NCBI GenBank assembly: GCA_049279635.1
Contig: JBAPOM010000092.1
Span: forward strand, 60,457-124,456
Source of the DNA: Candidatus Acidiferrales bacterium
Lineage (GTDB): Bacteria > Acidobacteriota > Terriglobia > Acidiferrales > UBA7541
Reading direction: 5' to 3'
Length of the DNA stretch: 64,000 nt
Shown here: positions 20,580 to 29,938 of the stretch, in pieces
Layout: each line of letters begins with the position of its first letter
How positions within the stretch are numbered: the stretch's first letter is position 1
Made by a program: the position numbers and the translations under genes
Notes under the pieces: model-generated
Told to the model about the DNA's origin: nothing
Seen by the model: only the letters and a program-made list of their open reading frames with translations
Database searches by the model: none

Positions 20580-22481
20580 TCAGCGCGTCTGCAATTGTTC
20601 ATGTAACTGTTCGAGTGCCGCATCGCGGTCGCGCAGGGCCTCCTTCTGCGAAGGATCGAGCGCGAGCGCAGCCTCGAATTGTTTGAGGGCTTCGGCGGCC
20701 TGTCCCTGTTGCAGCAGCAACTCGCCGAAATCATCGCGAAGAGTCGCATTCTTCGGGTCGGCCGCCGCAACTTGGCGAAACTCTTCCAGGGCTTCCTCGA
20801 ACTTCGCCGCTCTCACGAGCCCGCGGGCAAGATCGTAGCGCGCCTTCGCATCGCCCCGGTCGAGTTCCACCGGAATTCGAAATTCCTGCACGGCCTCGGG
20901 AAAGCGGCCGACGCCCTCAAGCGCCATGCCTAGAAATCGGCGAGCCTCCTCCTGCTTTGGTTCAAGGCGCACCGCCTGTTGCAGCACGGCTACGGCTCGT
21001 GCGGGATCGAATCGCGCCAGCATCAGTGCGCCCAGCGAAACGCGTGCGTCGAAGTCGTCGCGGTATTTTTCGACTCGATGCTCCAGCAAGGCGGACTCGA
21101 TTTCGATGCTTGCATCGCTATCGCTGCCGCGCGGCAAGACCTGCAACCAGAGGTGCGCCATCTCGTCCGTCGATTGATTGCCTCCCAGCACGCGCCGCGG
21201 CGGGGAATTCGGATTGCGAGGATTCGCGGACGAGTTGTCGTAGTGATAGCGCATCGAAATGACAGTGCCCTTCGGCAGAAAGACGGGATGGCGGTAGTGG
21301 TAGACCGCCTGCCAGTTTGGATCCCATTTCGGTATGCGAATCAGCCACTCTCGTCGGCCGTTTGGCAGCGTGGCATAGCCTTCGATCACGTGGCCGAGAT
21401 AATGCGCGTGAGGATAGATCGCGAGCACGTCGACATCGCGCGGAAGGCGGAAATCATCGCTCACGGCAAAATCGGCGTCGCCTGGGGGAATGTCGAGCGC
21501 GTCGTCATTCTCCAGTTCGATCACCATCGGAAAATGATCGGGCGATTTATCGGTGAAGTACAGTCCGATCGACGGCAACACTTGCTCCGGCGTGCCGGTC
21601 GGCATGAAGTGAGCGTTGAGCACCAGATCGGTGGCCGGATCGAGTTGCCACGCAAAACCTTCCGGCTCGACCCAAGGCGCGCTGCCCGGCTTCCAGAAAA
21701 GGAAGTGGCTGGGAACATCGAAGGGGCTGTGCTCGAGCGAGATGTCCATGCCCGGGAACCCCGCGCCGGGTTCCTTCTCTTGGCGACGCGCCGATCGCGC
21801 GGGATCGACCACCACGTTCGCGTGATGGATCAGGCTCAGATCGCTGCCCGGGCGCACTTCGATCGCGCGAACGTAGCGCATCGTCTTCAAGTTGGGCGAA
21901 AAAATGAAATTCCAAAACACGTCTGGGCCGTAAGCAGGTACTGAAAGCGGTCGCGCGGCTTCGAGAACCAGATCGGGCTTCCCAAGCTGCCATCCGGTGG
22001 TGAATTTCGGCGCAGGTGGGATCTCGGACGCCGGGCCTTCCGGAGCGCCATCTCGGGCCCATTCCGATAGCGTGCGAATTCCCGTATCGCTCAGGCGATA
22101 TTCGTCCACGAAATCGCCGTAGCCATGCTCGGGAAGCCACGGCGGCATCTCGCGGCTGCGCGTCACGCGCGCAATTTCGGATGCGCTCTGCTTCACGTCA
22201 TTGTAGCTGAGCAACGAAAATGCGTTATTCCCGCAAAGCGCGATTTTGCCGGTCTGGGTCGAATGGTGGCAGGAAGCGCAATGCTGATAGATGATCGGCG
22301 CAACATCGTGGGCAAACGTGGGATGCGGGGAGAATTGCCGTCGCTGAGAAGCCGTCGCGTGTGACGGAACCGCCGATTGCGGGATGGACGCCGAAACCGA
22401 TAAGCCGATCAGTGCCAGGAGTCCAGCGAATGCCTTCGTCGTTTTCGTTTTGAACGCCATCGAAGCAGCGCCGCGAGGCAC
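20580..22481 (-). CDS. Exported fusion protein: cytochrome c (CxxCH) module + PHM/DBH-like copper monooxygenase fold + C-terminal TPR repeats
   Basis: Signal peptide present. CASCH lies at 22266-22280. His/Met ligands appear in PHM order (LIHHANV, LNAHFMP, YPHAHYLG, STDEMAHLW). The C-terminus is TPR-like helical repeats. The start is ATG 22481 or 22460. Confidence 0.75.
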   Translation of the reverse strand: MPRGAASMAFKTKTTKAFAGLLALIGLSVSASIPQSAVPSHATASQRRQFSPHPTFAHDVAPIIYQHCASCHHSTQTGKIALCGNNAFSLLSYNDVKQSASEIARVTRSREMPPWLPEHGYGDFVDEYRLSDTGIRTLSEWARDGAPEGPASEIPPAPKFTTGWQLGKPDLVLEAARPLSVPAYGPDVFWNFIFSPNLKTMRYVRAIEVRPGSDLSLIHHANVVVDPARSARRQEKEPGAGFPGMDISLEHSPFDVPSHFLFWKPGSAPWVEPEGFAWQLDPATDLVLNAHFMPTGTPEQVLPSIGLYFTDKSPDHFPMVIELENDDALDIPPGDADFAVSDDFRLPRDVDVLAIYPHAHYLGHVIEGYATLPNGRREWLIRIPKWDPNWQAVYHYRHPVFLPKGTVISMRYHYDNSSANPRNPNSPPRRVLGGNQSTDEMAHLWLQVLPRGSDSDASIEIESALLEHRVEKYRDDFDARVSLGALMLARFDPARAVAVLQQAVRLEPKQEEARRFLGMALEGVGRFPEAVQEFRIPVELDRGDAKARYDLARGLVRAAKFEEALEEFRQVAAADPKNATLRDDFGELLLQQGQAAEALKQFEAALALDPSQKEALRDRDAALEQLHEQLQTR

Positions 22482-22569
22482 TCATCGTATCGCAGCTTTT
22501 CGCGCTACCGCCGTGAATTTCGTTCGGCCGCCACAAAGGTCCCCGCAAATCTGCAAGATCTCCGCTGGA

Positions 22570-24138
22570 CTACGCGGGACGCACAGACTGCCTGGCGTCC
22601 GCTTGGGACAGCAGCGAAACCGCGCGGTGAGCCGAGAGCGCGGCGCCCTCCTGCCAGCCGACGATGTGGCTGATGTGTTCGCCGCAGAGGTAAATCGGCC
22701 CGTCGGGCTCAATCGCGCGTTCATACCCCGGATACATCACGGGATCCTCGATATGGACCCACGAACCGAGATTGTATGGAATGCGGCCCCAGCAGACGCC
22801 GATGGGCTTCGTCAGCTCCTTTGAGCGGCCCGGATGCAGCGCCTCGACCGATTGGCGCGAAGCTTCGAATTTCGCAGCGAGGTCCATCGTCGCCATCACG
22901 GTGCCGTTCTCCAAGCCATACCCGGGGATGATCACGCCCTTCGCCGAGAAAAGCCGCGCGCTCGGATACCACACAAGATTCACAGGCCGATTCAGAAACG
23001 AAATCCCGCCGTAAATCGAATCGTCGCGTTCCCAGAATCGCGATGATTCCCACGCGACTTTGTACGCCTGATCGTAGGTAGTCCTGTCGATGATCTGCTT
23101 GAGATCGGGCGAGAAATCGGCGTCGATGCTTTTCAGCACGGAAAACGGTATCGAGCAGATGCAGTAGTGTGCTTCGATGGTGTCGGTCGTTTTCGCTTTG
23201 CGATCGCGATAGACAATGCGAACGCCCTTGGGCGTCTTGCGAATCTGCTCGACCGGGCAATCGAAGCGAATCAGATGCGCGAGCCGCTTTTCGAATGCGG
23301 CCGGAATGCGATCCATTCCGCCAATCGGCTGGAACATTGTCGCCTGCCAGAAAATTTGCTCTGCGTACAACATGTCGTCCCACAGGTTGGCATCCAGCAA
23401 GGCGCGCATGTCGAGAGGATCGTTGATGGTGCCCGCCTGATCGCCGGCGCCCGGCACGACTTTGTAGCCCGAGCGATTCGAGCCCTTGTAGAAATAATCG
23501 GGCGAAAGATCGCCGTATATGCGCAGGAATTCCAGCATGCGCTCTTTATCACCCGCAGAAACTTCCTGGTCGAGCGAGCCGCCGCCCACAGCCTTGGCGA
23601 GCAACTCGGAGACGTGGCCGCGCGTGTCGTTCACCACCCGCCTCTGCTGCACGGGCTTGCCACCATTCAGCGCATCACTCTGCAGCAGAGAACTGCGCGA
23701 AGAGTTCACTTCCACTTCGAGCGGCACGCCAAACTCATTGCAATAGCCGAGCATCGTGACGTGCTGCGAAGGCAAGCGCGCCGGCCCCGGGTTGAGGTAG
23801 GAGGTCTCGTCCCACATGCAGGTCTGCGACGTGCCGTCCGTCATTTCCACGCGCGTTCCGTTGCGAATCGTCCAGCTGCGTCCCCCGGCGCGTTCGCGCG
23901 CTTCGAGAATCGTGCACTGGTAGCCCGCCTTCGAAAGTTCCCACGCGGCCACCATTCCGGCGATGCCCGCGCCGAGAATCACCACTGTCTTCCCCTTGCC
24001 GGAATTTTCCGCAAGGCGGAGCGTGCTGGCCTGCGTTGGCGGAATCGGCAGAAGCCCCAGCGACTGCATGATGAGATAGGTCGCGCCGAAACCGCCGGCG
24101 TAGCCCACTTGCGTAAGGAAATTACGTCGTGTCGTCAT
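22570..24138 (-). CDS. Tat-exported flavin-containing amine oxidase (monoamine / L-amino-acid oxidase family)
   Basis: Tat leader MTTRRNFLTQVG. FAD dinucleotide fold VVILGAGIAGMVAAWELSKAGYQCTILEARERAGGR. C-terminal motif LCGEHIS...GWQEGA. ATG 24138 sits behind GAGG. Confidence 0.85.
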   Translation of the reverse strand: MTTRRNFLTQVGYAGGFGATYLIMQSLGLLPIPPTQASTLRLAENSGKGKTVVILGAGIAGMVAAWELSKAGYQCTILEARERAGGRSWTIRNGTRVEMTDGTSQTCMWDETSYLNPGPARLPSQHVTMLGYCNEFGVPLEVEVNSSRSSLLQSDALNGGKPVQQRRVVNDTRGHVSELLAKAVGGGSLDQEVSAGDKERMLEFLRIYGDLSPDYFYKGSNRSGYKVVPGAGDQAGTINDPLDMRALLDANLWDDMLYAEQIFWQATMFQPIGGMDRIPAAFEKRLAHLIRFDCPVEQIRKTPKGVRIVYRDRKAKTTDTIEAHYCICSIPFSVLKSIDADFSPDLKQIIDRTTYDQAYKVAWESSRFWERDDSIYGGISFLNRPVNLVWYPSARLFSAKGVIIPGYGLENGTVMATMDLAAKFEASRQSVEALHPGRSKELTKPIGVCWGRIPYNLGSWVHIEDPVMYPGYERAIEPDGPIYLCGEHISHIVGWQEGAALSAHRAVSLLSQADARQSVRPA

Positions 24139-24282
24139 GAGGCCTCGATGATACCCGTTGCAGTCGCGATCCAATCTGTCGCGCGTAAGGTACAGACACC
24201 CTCAGCGAGAGTCAAATTGGATTCCTGCATCGAACGGATCGCTTTCCTCTGTTGTGTCTCGTCTTGATGCAGGCGGGCCGAA

Positions 24283-25731
24283 TCAGGAGTAGCGGAACAG
24301 CGCCTTGAAGCCGTAATCCATGTGCTGCTGAATGTGGCAGTGAAAAAGCGTCAAGCCGGGGTGGTCGGCGACCAAATCGACGGAAACGCGGCCGTAAAGC
24401 GGAACGATCACCGTGTCCTTGATTACGCCCGCGGTCTTCTTCCCGTTCACATCGACCAGCTCGAAAGAGTGCCGGTGAAAATGGAGCGGGTGCCCATCGT
24501 CCGTCCGATTGTGAAAGACAATCCGGTAGCGCGCGCCCTCCTTCAGGATAAATTCGCGATCGTGTGGATACTGCTTCCCGTTCACGAGCCACGCGTTGAA
24601 CTTTCCCGCTCCGCTCGGGATTTTCTCGAACACCATGTCGATCATCTCGTCGGGTGAAGGCTGCGTGCCCGCGCGCCCGAAGATCGTGTAGTCCCACGGA
24701 TTGTTCGGCGGCGCCAACCACTCCGGCTGCTTATGCTGATTTTCGTATTCGACCACCACGCCGAGCCCCGCGCCGCGAATCATGTCCTGCGTCGCGCCGA
24801 GAATCCATACGCCTGGCTGATTCATGTCGACGAACGCATCGATGCGTTCGCCGGGACCGAGCGTGAGGATGTCGGCCGGTCGAGGCGAAGGTACGGGATT
24901 GCCATCGAGGGCAAACACCTGAAATCGGTGCCCGGGCATCGCGATCGTGCGATTCTCGATGGCGCTCGCATTCAACAAATGGAAGAGAACGCGATCCCCC
25001 AGCCGCACGCGAATCGGCTCGCCCGATCCGAGCGCCTTGTCGTTGATCGAGAACATCTGCGACGTCACTTCGAGCCCATTCGGCCGCGTGTCGAGCACGG
25101 CCGGCTTCTCCGGCTGCGGCCCGCCTTGACCCTGCTCATCTGTGTCCATTTCTGCATTCGTAAAAAACGGCTCCCAATCGCGGATTGCGAGGAAAATCTC
25201 CTGATCGTAGTGGCCCGGATCTTTGCCCGAATCCACCACGAGAAATCCAAACTGCCCCGTGTAGGTGCCGCGATGGAGATCGTCATCCGCCATTGCGTGG
25301 CTGTGATACCAGCGCGTCCCGGCGGGCCGGGGAGTGAATTGATAGCGGCGCCGCCCGCGCGGCGGCACTGCCGGAGTGCCTTCTTCTTCTGCTCCATCCA
25401 CTTCCGACGGCAAAAACAGTCCATGAAAGTGCACGTATTCGGGCACATCCGTGTCGTTGATGGCGTCCACGGTCACCGGCAGGCCCTCGCGCATTCGTAG
25501 CAGCGGCCCGGGCGAGGTGCCGTTGTACCCGATCGTGCTGATGATGTAATTGGGCGTGAGTTCGACGGTCACCGGCGCGATGCGAATCGTGAAGTCGGCT
25601 GGCGTAGTCTCCGGCGGCGGGGAATTCGCCTGCATTCCCGGCATTTGGCCCTGCTGGGCGGGAAGCACCTTCGCCGCGCCAAGCTCGGCCGCAGCCGCGC
25701 CCGCCAGCTTCAGCAAATCCCTTCGCTTCAC
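24283..25731 (-). CDS. Tat-exported multicopper oxidase
   Basis: Tat leader MKRRDLLKLAG. All four copper motifs are present: HFHGLF, WYHSH, HPLHFHRH and HCHIQQHMDYGF. Confidence 0.9.
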   Translation of the reverse strand: MKRRDLLKLAGAAAAELGAAKVLPAQQGQMPGMQANSPPPETTPADFTIRIAPVTVELTPNYIISTIGYNGTSPGPLLRMREGLPVTVDAINDTDVPEYVHFHGLFLPSEVDGAEEEGTPAVPPRGRRRYQFTPRPAGTRWYHSHAMADDDLHRGTYTGQFGFLVVDSGKDPGHYDQEIFLAIRDWEPFFTNAEMDTDEQGQGGPQPEKPAVLDTRPNGLEVTSQMFSINDKALGSGEPIRVRLGDRVLFHLLNASAIENRTIAMPGHRFQVFALDGNPVPSPRPADILTLGPGERIDAFVDMNQPGVWILGATQDMIRGAGLGVVVEYENQHKQPEWLAPPNNPWDYTIFGRAGTQPSPDEMIDMVFEKIPSGAGKFNAWLVNGKQYPHDREFILKEGARYRIVFHNRTDDGHPLHFHRHSFELVDVNGKKTAGVIKDTVIVPLYGRVSVDLVADHPGLTLFHCHIQQHMDYGFKALFRYS

Positions 25732-25855
25732 GAATCCCCCAAAACACGCCCAAATTTCAACGCGTCAACGATCGGCAGCCATCAGCGCTCAAGATGCGCG
25801 CGTTTGGAAAGCATACATCAATCTGTTACGCTCTCCGGGCGCATCAGAGTATCTC

Positions 25856-26683
25856 ATGAAGCTTCTGCCAAGGCTTTCGGCGGTAGTTTCCCTCGTAGTG
25901 TTGGGCGGTGGTCTGCTAGCTCTCCGGTCGGATGCGCAATGGTACGGCTCAAGCCCCTTCGCGCCGGTCTCGCCCGAGCAAAGCCATGAAAAGGCTGAGT
26001 ATTCTTGGTCGCGGCTCAAGTACACCGCGGTCGCCCGCAGCTTTGGCGGTGGCTACGGCTATGGATACGGCTACGGTTTCGGGCGGGGAAGCTGGTCGCA
26101 GGACTATCCCAAGGCCGACCGGCAGTTCCTGCTCGCCTTGCGGCGCCTCACGCGCGTGAACGCCCGGTCCACCGAACAGGTGGTTGATCTCGATAGCGAC
26201 GACATTTTCAACTACCCGTGGGTCTACGCGGTGCAGGTCGAGAACTGGACGTTCACTCCGCCGGAAGCCAAGCGCCTCCACGACTACCTCCTCAAGGGCG
26301 GCTTTCTGATGGTCGACGATTTCCACGGCACTGCCGACTGGGAAAGCTTCATGAACGGAATGCGCATGGTTTTTCCCGACCGCCCCATCGAAGACTTGAA
26401 CAACAGCGACGAAATCTTTCACGTGCTGTACGACCTCGGCCAGCGCTTTCAGGTGCCGGGCGAGCAGTATGTCAACACCGGCCGCACGTACGAGAAAGAC
26501 GGCTACGTGCCCAAATGGCGCGCCATTCGCGACGACAAAGGCCGCATCATGGTCGCCATCTGCCACAACATGCATCTCGGCGATGCCTGGGAATGGGCCG
26601 ACAGTCCTGAATATCCGGAACGCTTCGCGTCGCTGGCGTTTCGTTTGGGAATCAATTATGTGATCTATGGAATGACGCACTGA
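25856..26683 (+). CDS. DUF4159-like secreted/membrane-anchored protein
   Basis: N-terminal hydrophobic segment. The core WSQDYPKADRQFL...FNYPWVYAVQ...LHDYLLKGGFLMVDDFHG matches my memory of DUF4159. The track ORF from 25550 overlaps the divergent MCO leader, so ATG 25856 was chosen. Confidence 0.7.
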   Translation: MKLLPRLSAVVSLVVLGGGLLALRSDAQWYGSSPFAPVSPEQSHEKAEYSWSRLKYTAVARSFGGGYGYGYGYGFGRGSWSQDYPKADRQFLLALRRLTRVNARSTEQVVDLDSDDIFNYPWVYAVQVENWTFTPPEAKRLHDYLLKGGFLMVDDFHGTADWESFMNGMRMVFPDRPIEDLNNSDEIFHVLYDLGQRFQVPGEQYVNTGRTYEKDGYVPKWRAIRDDKGRIMVAICHNMHLGDAWEWADSPEYPERFASLAFRLGINYVIYGMTH

Positions 26684-26738
26684 GGAAAGGATTCTTGGGG
26701 GCGGTCGAGGCGACACGGGGCTCAGGGTTCTCCAGAAC

Positions 26739-29000
26739 ATGTTTCAGTTTCTTTTCAAATATCCGGCCGCGATTTTTTCAAAGGGCCATTTCATACTGCT
26801 GGGCACTTGGCCCCGGTGGTCGCTGTGGCTGCTCGTCTTTGGGGCCGTGGCTGGGCTGGGATGGCTCGTGCGTTCGCGAATGGGGAAGGCGGCGCCGGGC
26901 GTTCGAAACTGGCGCGCGGGAATCATCTGGCTGCTGCAATCCGCTGTCGCCGCCCTGATACTTCTTCTGCTCTGGCAGCCGGCCATCACGGTCGCGGAGC
27001 TGAAGCCGCAGCAGAATATCATCGCCGTTTTGGTCGACGATTCGCGCAGCATGGCCATCGCCGATAACGGGACCACGCGGCAGGCGCAAGCCGTGAAGGC
27101 GCTCGATGGCGGCGTGCTCGCCGATTTGCAGAAACGATTCCAGACGCGCCTTTATAGCCTCGATAGCCGCGCCACTCGCATCCCCAGCCTCAACGCGCTC
27201 CAGCCTTCCGCTCCCGCCACGCGCATCGGCGACAGCCTCAAGCAATTGGTGGCGGAAACAGGCGATCTGCCGGTCGGCGCGATCATACTGCTCAGCGACG
27301 GCGCCGATAATTCCGGCGGCATCGATCTCGACACGATCTCAGCTCTACGCAACCGGCGCATTCCCGTCCACACGGTCGGCTTGGGTGCGGAAGAAGTGCC
27401 GCACGACGTCGAAATCGATGATGCGATCCTTGCACCGAAAGCGCTGGCGAATTCGCGGCTCGCCGCAACCGTCACCTTCCACCAGCGCGGCTACTCAGGC
27501 CAGAAAGCCACGCTCAACGTGCGCGACGGCGATAAAATGCTCGCATCGCAGCCAATCGAATTTGCCGGCGACGGCAAAATCCAGACCCAAAACGTCCTCT
27601 TCAGCGCCGGCGATGCGGGAGCGAAGACGCTCCAATTCTCAATCGACCCGCTGCCGGGCGAAACGAACCGCGCCAACAACGCTGTCACGCGCCTCGTGAA
27701 CGTCGTCAACGACAAGCGCCGCATCCTCTACGTCGAGGGCGAGCCGCGCTGGGAATACAAATTCATCCGCCGCGCGGTGGACGACGACAAGGTCGTCGAG
27801 ATCGCTTCGATGCTGCGCACCACCGAAAACAAGATCTATCGCCAGGGCATCGAGAATCCGAACGAACTCGCGGAGGGCTTTCCGTCGAAGCCGGAGGACC
27901 TCTTCGGCTATCAGGCGCTGATTATCGGCTCAGTCGAAGCCGGCTACTTCACGCCGGCCCAGCAGGATTTGGTCCGCCAGTTTGTCGACCGGCGCGGCGG
28001 CGGCCTGTTGTTTCTCGGTGGGCGGTTTGCGCTGGCTGACGGAGGCTGGGGCGGCTCGAATCTGGCGGATTTGCTGCCCACCATTCTGCCGAGCCACAAA
28101 AATACATTCCATCGCATCCCTGCCACGGTCCAACTGACTCCTGCCGGTGAAGACAGCCTGATTTGCCGCTTCATCGACGATCCCGCACGCAACGCGGAGC
28201 GCTGGAAAACGCTTCCATACCTCATGGACTATCAGGAGCCCGGCACGCCCAAGCCCGGCGCAACGGTCTTGGCCGAGATGCGAGCGGGTGGCGGCCGCGA
28301 CATGCCGCTGCTCGTCACGCAGAATTTCGGCCGCGGCCGCACCGCGCTGATGGCCACGTCCGGCACGTGGCGCTGGCAGATGAGCTTGCCGCTCGGCGAT
28401 ACGAGCCACACGATGTTTTGGCAGCAGCTCTTGCGCTGGCTCGTTGCGGATACGCCGAGCCAGGTCGTAATCTCCGTGCCCAGCCAGATGCTTTTTGACG
28501 ATGGCCACGTAAAATTGTCCGCGGACGTGCGCGACAAGAGCTACCTGCCCGCGCCCGATGCCACCGTCGAGGCGCATATCCTCGGACCCGGCGGTGTCGC
28601 CGCGACCGTCGAGATGACGCCGGTTCCCGACGCGCCCGGCACGTTCCAGTCCGATTGGAACGCCGAGAAGCCCGGCTCGTATCTCACCGAAGTGGTCGCG
28701 CAGCGCGGCGGACAGGAGCTCGGGCGGGACGTGCTGGCTTTTCAACGAATGGACGGCGTCGCCGAGAATTTCCATACCGAGCAGAACCGCGACCTCCTCG
28801 AAAAGCTTGCCTCCGAGACTGGCGGCCGCTACTGGACGCCTCAGGACGTTTCGAAGCTGCCGGGCGAAATCGCCTATTCCGAGGCCGGAATCACAGTGCG
28901 GGAAACGAAGCCACTGTGGGACATGCCGGCGATTTTTCTTTTGATTCTGGCGCTGCTTTTCGCCGAATGGCTGCTCCGCCGGAGATGGGGGATCGTGTGA
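26739..29000 (+). CDS. Membrane protein with VWA domain and glutamine-amidotransferase-like (GATase1-like) domain
   Basis: N- and C-terminal TM segments. MIDAS motif VLVDDSRSM (27036-27050). RILYVEGEPRWEYKFIRRAV and ALIIGSVEAGYF...GGGLLFLGG resemble the non-catalytic GATase1-like module seen in Bat-type clusters. Confidence 0.8.
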   Translation: MFQFLFKYPAAIFSKGHFILLGTWPRWSLWLLVFGAVAGLGWLVRSRMGKAAPGVRNWRAGIIWLLQSAVAALILLLLWQPAITVAELKPQQNIIAVLVDDSRSMAIADNGTTRQAQAVKALDGGVLADLQKRFQTRLYSLDSRATRIPSLNALQPSAPATRIGDSLKQLVAETGDLPVGAIILLSDGADNSGGIDLDTISALRNRRIPVHTVGLGAEEVPHDVEIDDAILAPKALANSRLAATVTFHQRGYSGQKATLNVRDGDKMLASQPIEFAGDGKIQTQNVLFSAGDAGAKTLQFSIDPLPGETNRANNAVTRLVNVVNDKRRILYVEGEPRWEYKFIRRAVDDDKVVEIASMLRTTENKIYRQGIENPNELAEGFPSKPEDLFGYQALIIGSVEAGYFTPAQQDLVRQFVDRRGGGLLFLGGRFALADGGWGGSNLADLLPTILPSHKNTFHRIPATVQLTPAGEDSLICRFIDDPARNAERWKTLPYLMDYQEPGTPKPGATVLAEMRAGGGRDMPLLVTQNFGRGRTALMATSGTWRWQMSLPLGDTSHTMFWQQLLRWLVADTPSQVVISVPSQMLFDDGHVKLSADVRDKSYLPAPDATVEAHILGPGGVAATVEMTPVPDAPGTFQSDWNAEKPGSYLTEVVAQRGGQELGRDVLAFQRMDGVAENFHTEQNRDLLEKLASETGGRYWTPQDVSKLPGEIAYSEAGITVRETKPLWDMPAIFLLILALLFAEWLLRRRWGIV

Positions 29001-29938
29001 AGGCCGCGCTTCTCGCCGTCTGCCTCGCGGCCGCGCTGCTGTTCGCCGTCCCCGCGCGCGCGGCGGTCTATTACGTCACGGTCGCGGGCCTCGGCGGCGA
29101 GCCGGATTACGAGCAGGAATTCACTTCTCTCGCGACGGACCTCGACAAGCTGCTCAAAGCTTCAGGCAGCGATGTCCACGTCTATACGCTGACCGGGAAG
29201 GATGCGACTCGCGCTAATCTGACTGAGACGCTCAGCAAAGTCGCGAGCGAGGCGAAACCGGACGATGATTTTGTACTCACCCTGATCGGCCACGGTTCCT
29301 TCGACGGCTTCGAATACAAGTTCAATCTTCCGGGCCCCGATATTTCCGCCGCGGACCTCGCCGTCCTTTGCGACCACGTACCCGCCAGGCGCCAATTGAT
29401 CGTCAATACCACAAGCGCCAGCGGAGGTTCGGTGGCAGCGCTCGAAAAGCACGGCCGCGCCGTGATTGCCGCCACGAAGAGCGGCACCGAGAAGAACGCC
29501 ACCGTTTTCGCGCGTTATTGGGTGCAGGCGCTGCACGATCCGGAAGCCGATGTGGATAAGAACGACGCCATCTCCGCCCTCGAAGCGTTCCGCTACGCCA
29601 CAAGCCGCACGGCTGAGTTTTACGACGCCCAAAAGCGCCTGGCCACCGAGCATGCTGAGTTCGAAGACACAGGCTTGCACGATCCGGTGCGCGAGGCGTC
29701 CACCGATACCGGCGAGGGGTTGCTGCTTTCGAGCTTCACCCTGATTCGCCTCGGCGCCGCGCAGAAGGCATACGCCGACCCTGCCAAAAGGGCCTTGCTC
29801 GCGCGTAAGGAAGAACTCGAGCAGCAAATCGACACGTTGAAATATCAGAAGGCCGCGATGGCCCAGGACGATTACAGAAGCCAGCTCACGGCCGCCCTGA
29901 TCGAGCTGGCGAAGGTGGAGGAGGAACTCGACAAGTGA
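28985..29938 (+). CDS. Secreted clan-CD (legumain/caspase)-like fold protein lacking the catalytic Cys, with C-terminal coiled coil
   Basis: Signal peptide LLAVCLAAALLFAVPARA. A His-Gly dyad (LTLIGHGSFDG, His codon at 29291) is present. The position expected for (D/E)xCxSG reads NTTSASGGS (29408-29428). The start overlaps the upstream stop (ATG 28985 or GTG 28997). Confidence 0.55.
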   Translation: MGDRVKAALLAVCLAAALLFAVPARAAVYYVTVAGLGGEPDYEQEFTSLATDLDKLLKASGSDVHVYTLTGKDATRANLTETLSKVASEAKPDDDFVLTLIGHGSFDGFEYKFNLPGPDISAADLAVLCDHVPARRQLIVNTTSASGGSVAALEKHGRAVIAATKSGTEKNATVFARYWVQALHDPEADVDKNDAISALEAFRYATSRTAEFYDAQKRLATEHAEFEDTGLHDPVREASTDTGEGLLLSSFTLIRLGAAQKAYADPAKRALLARKEELEQQIDTLKYQKAAMAQDDYRSQLTAALIELAKVEEELDK

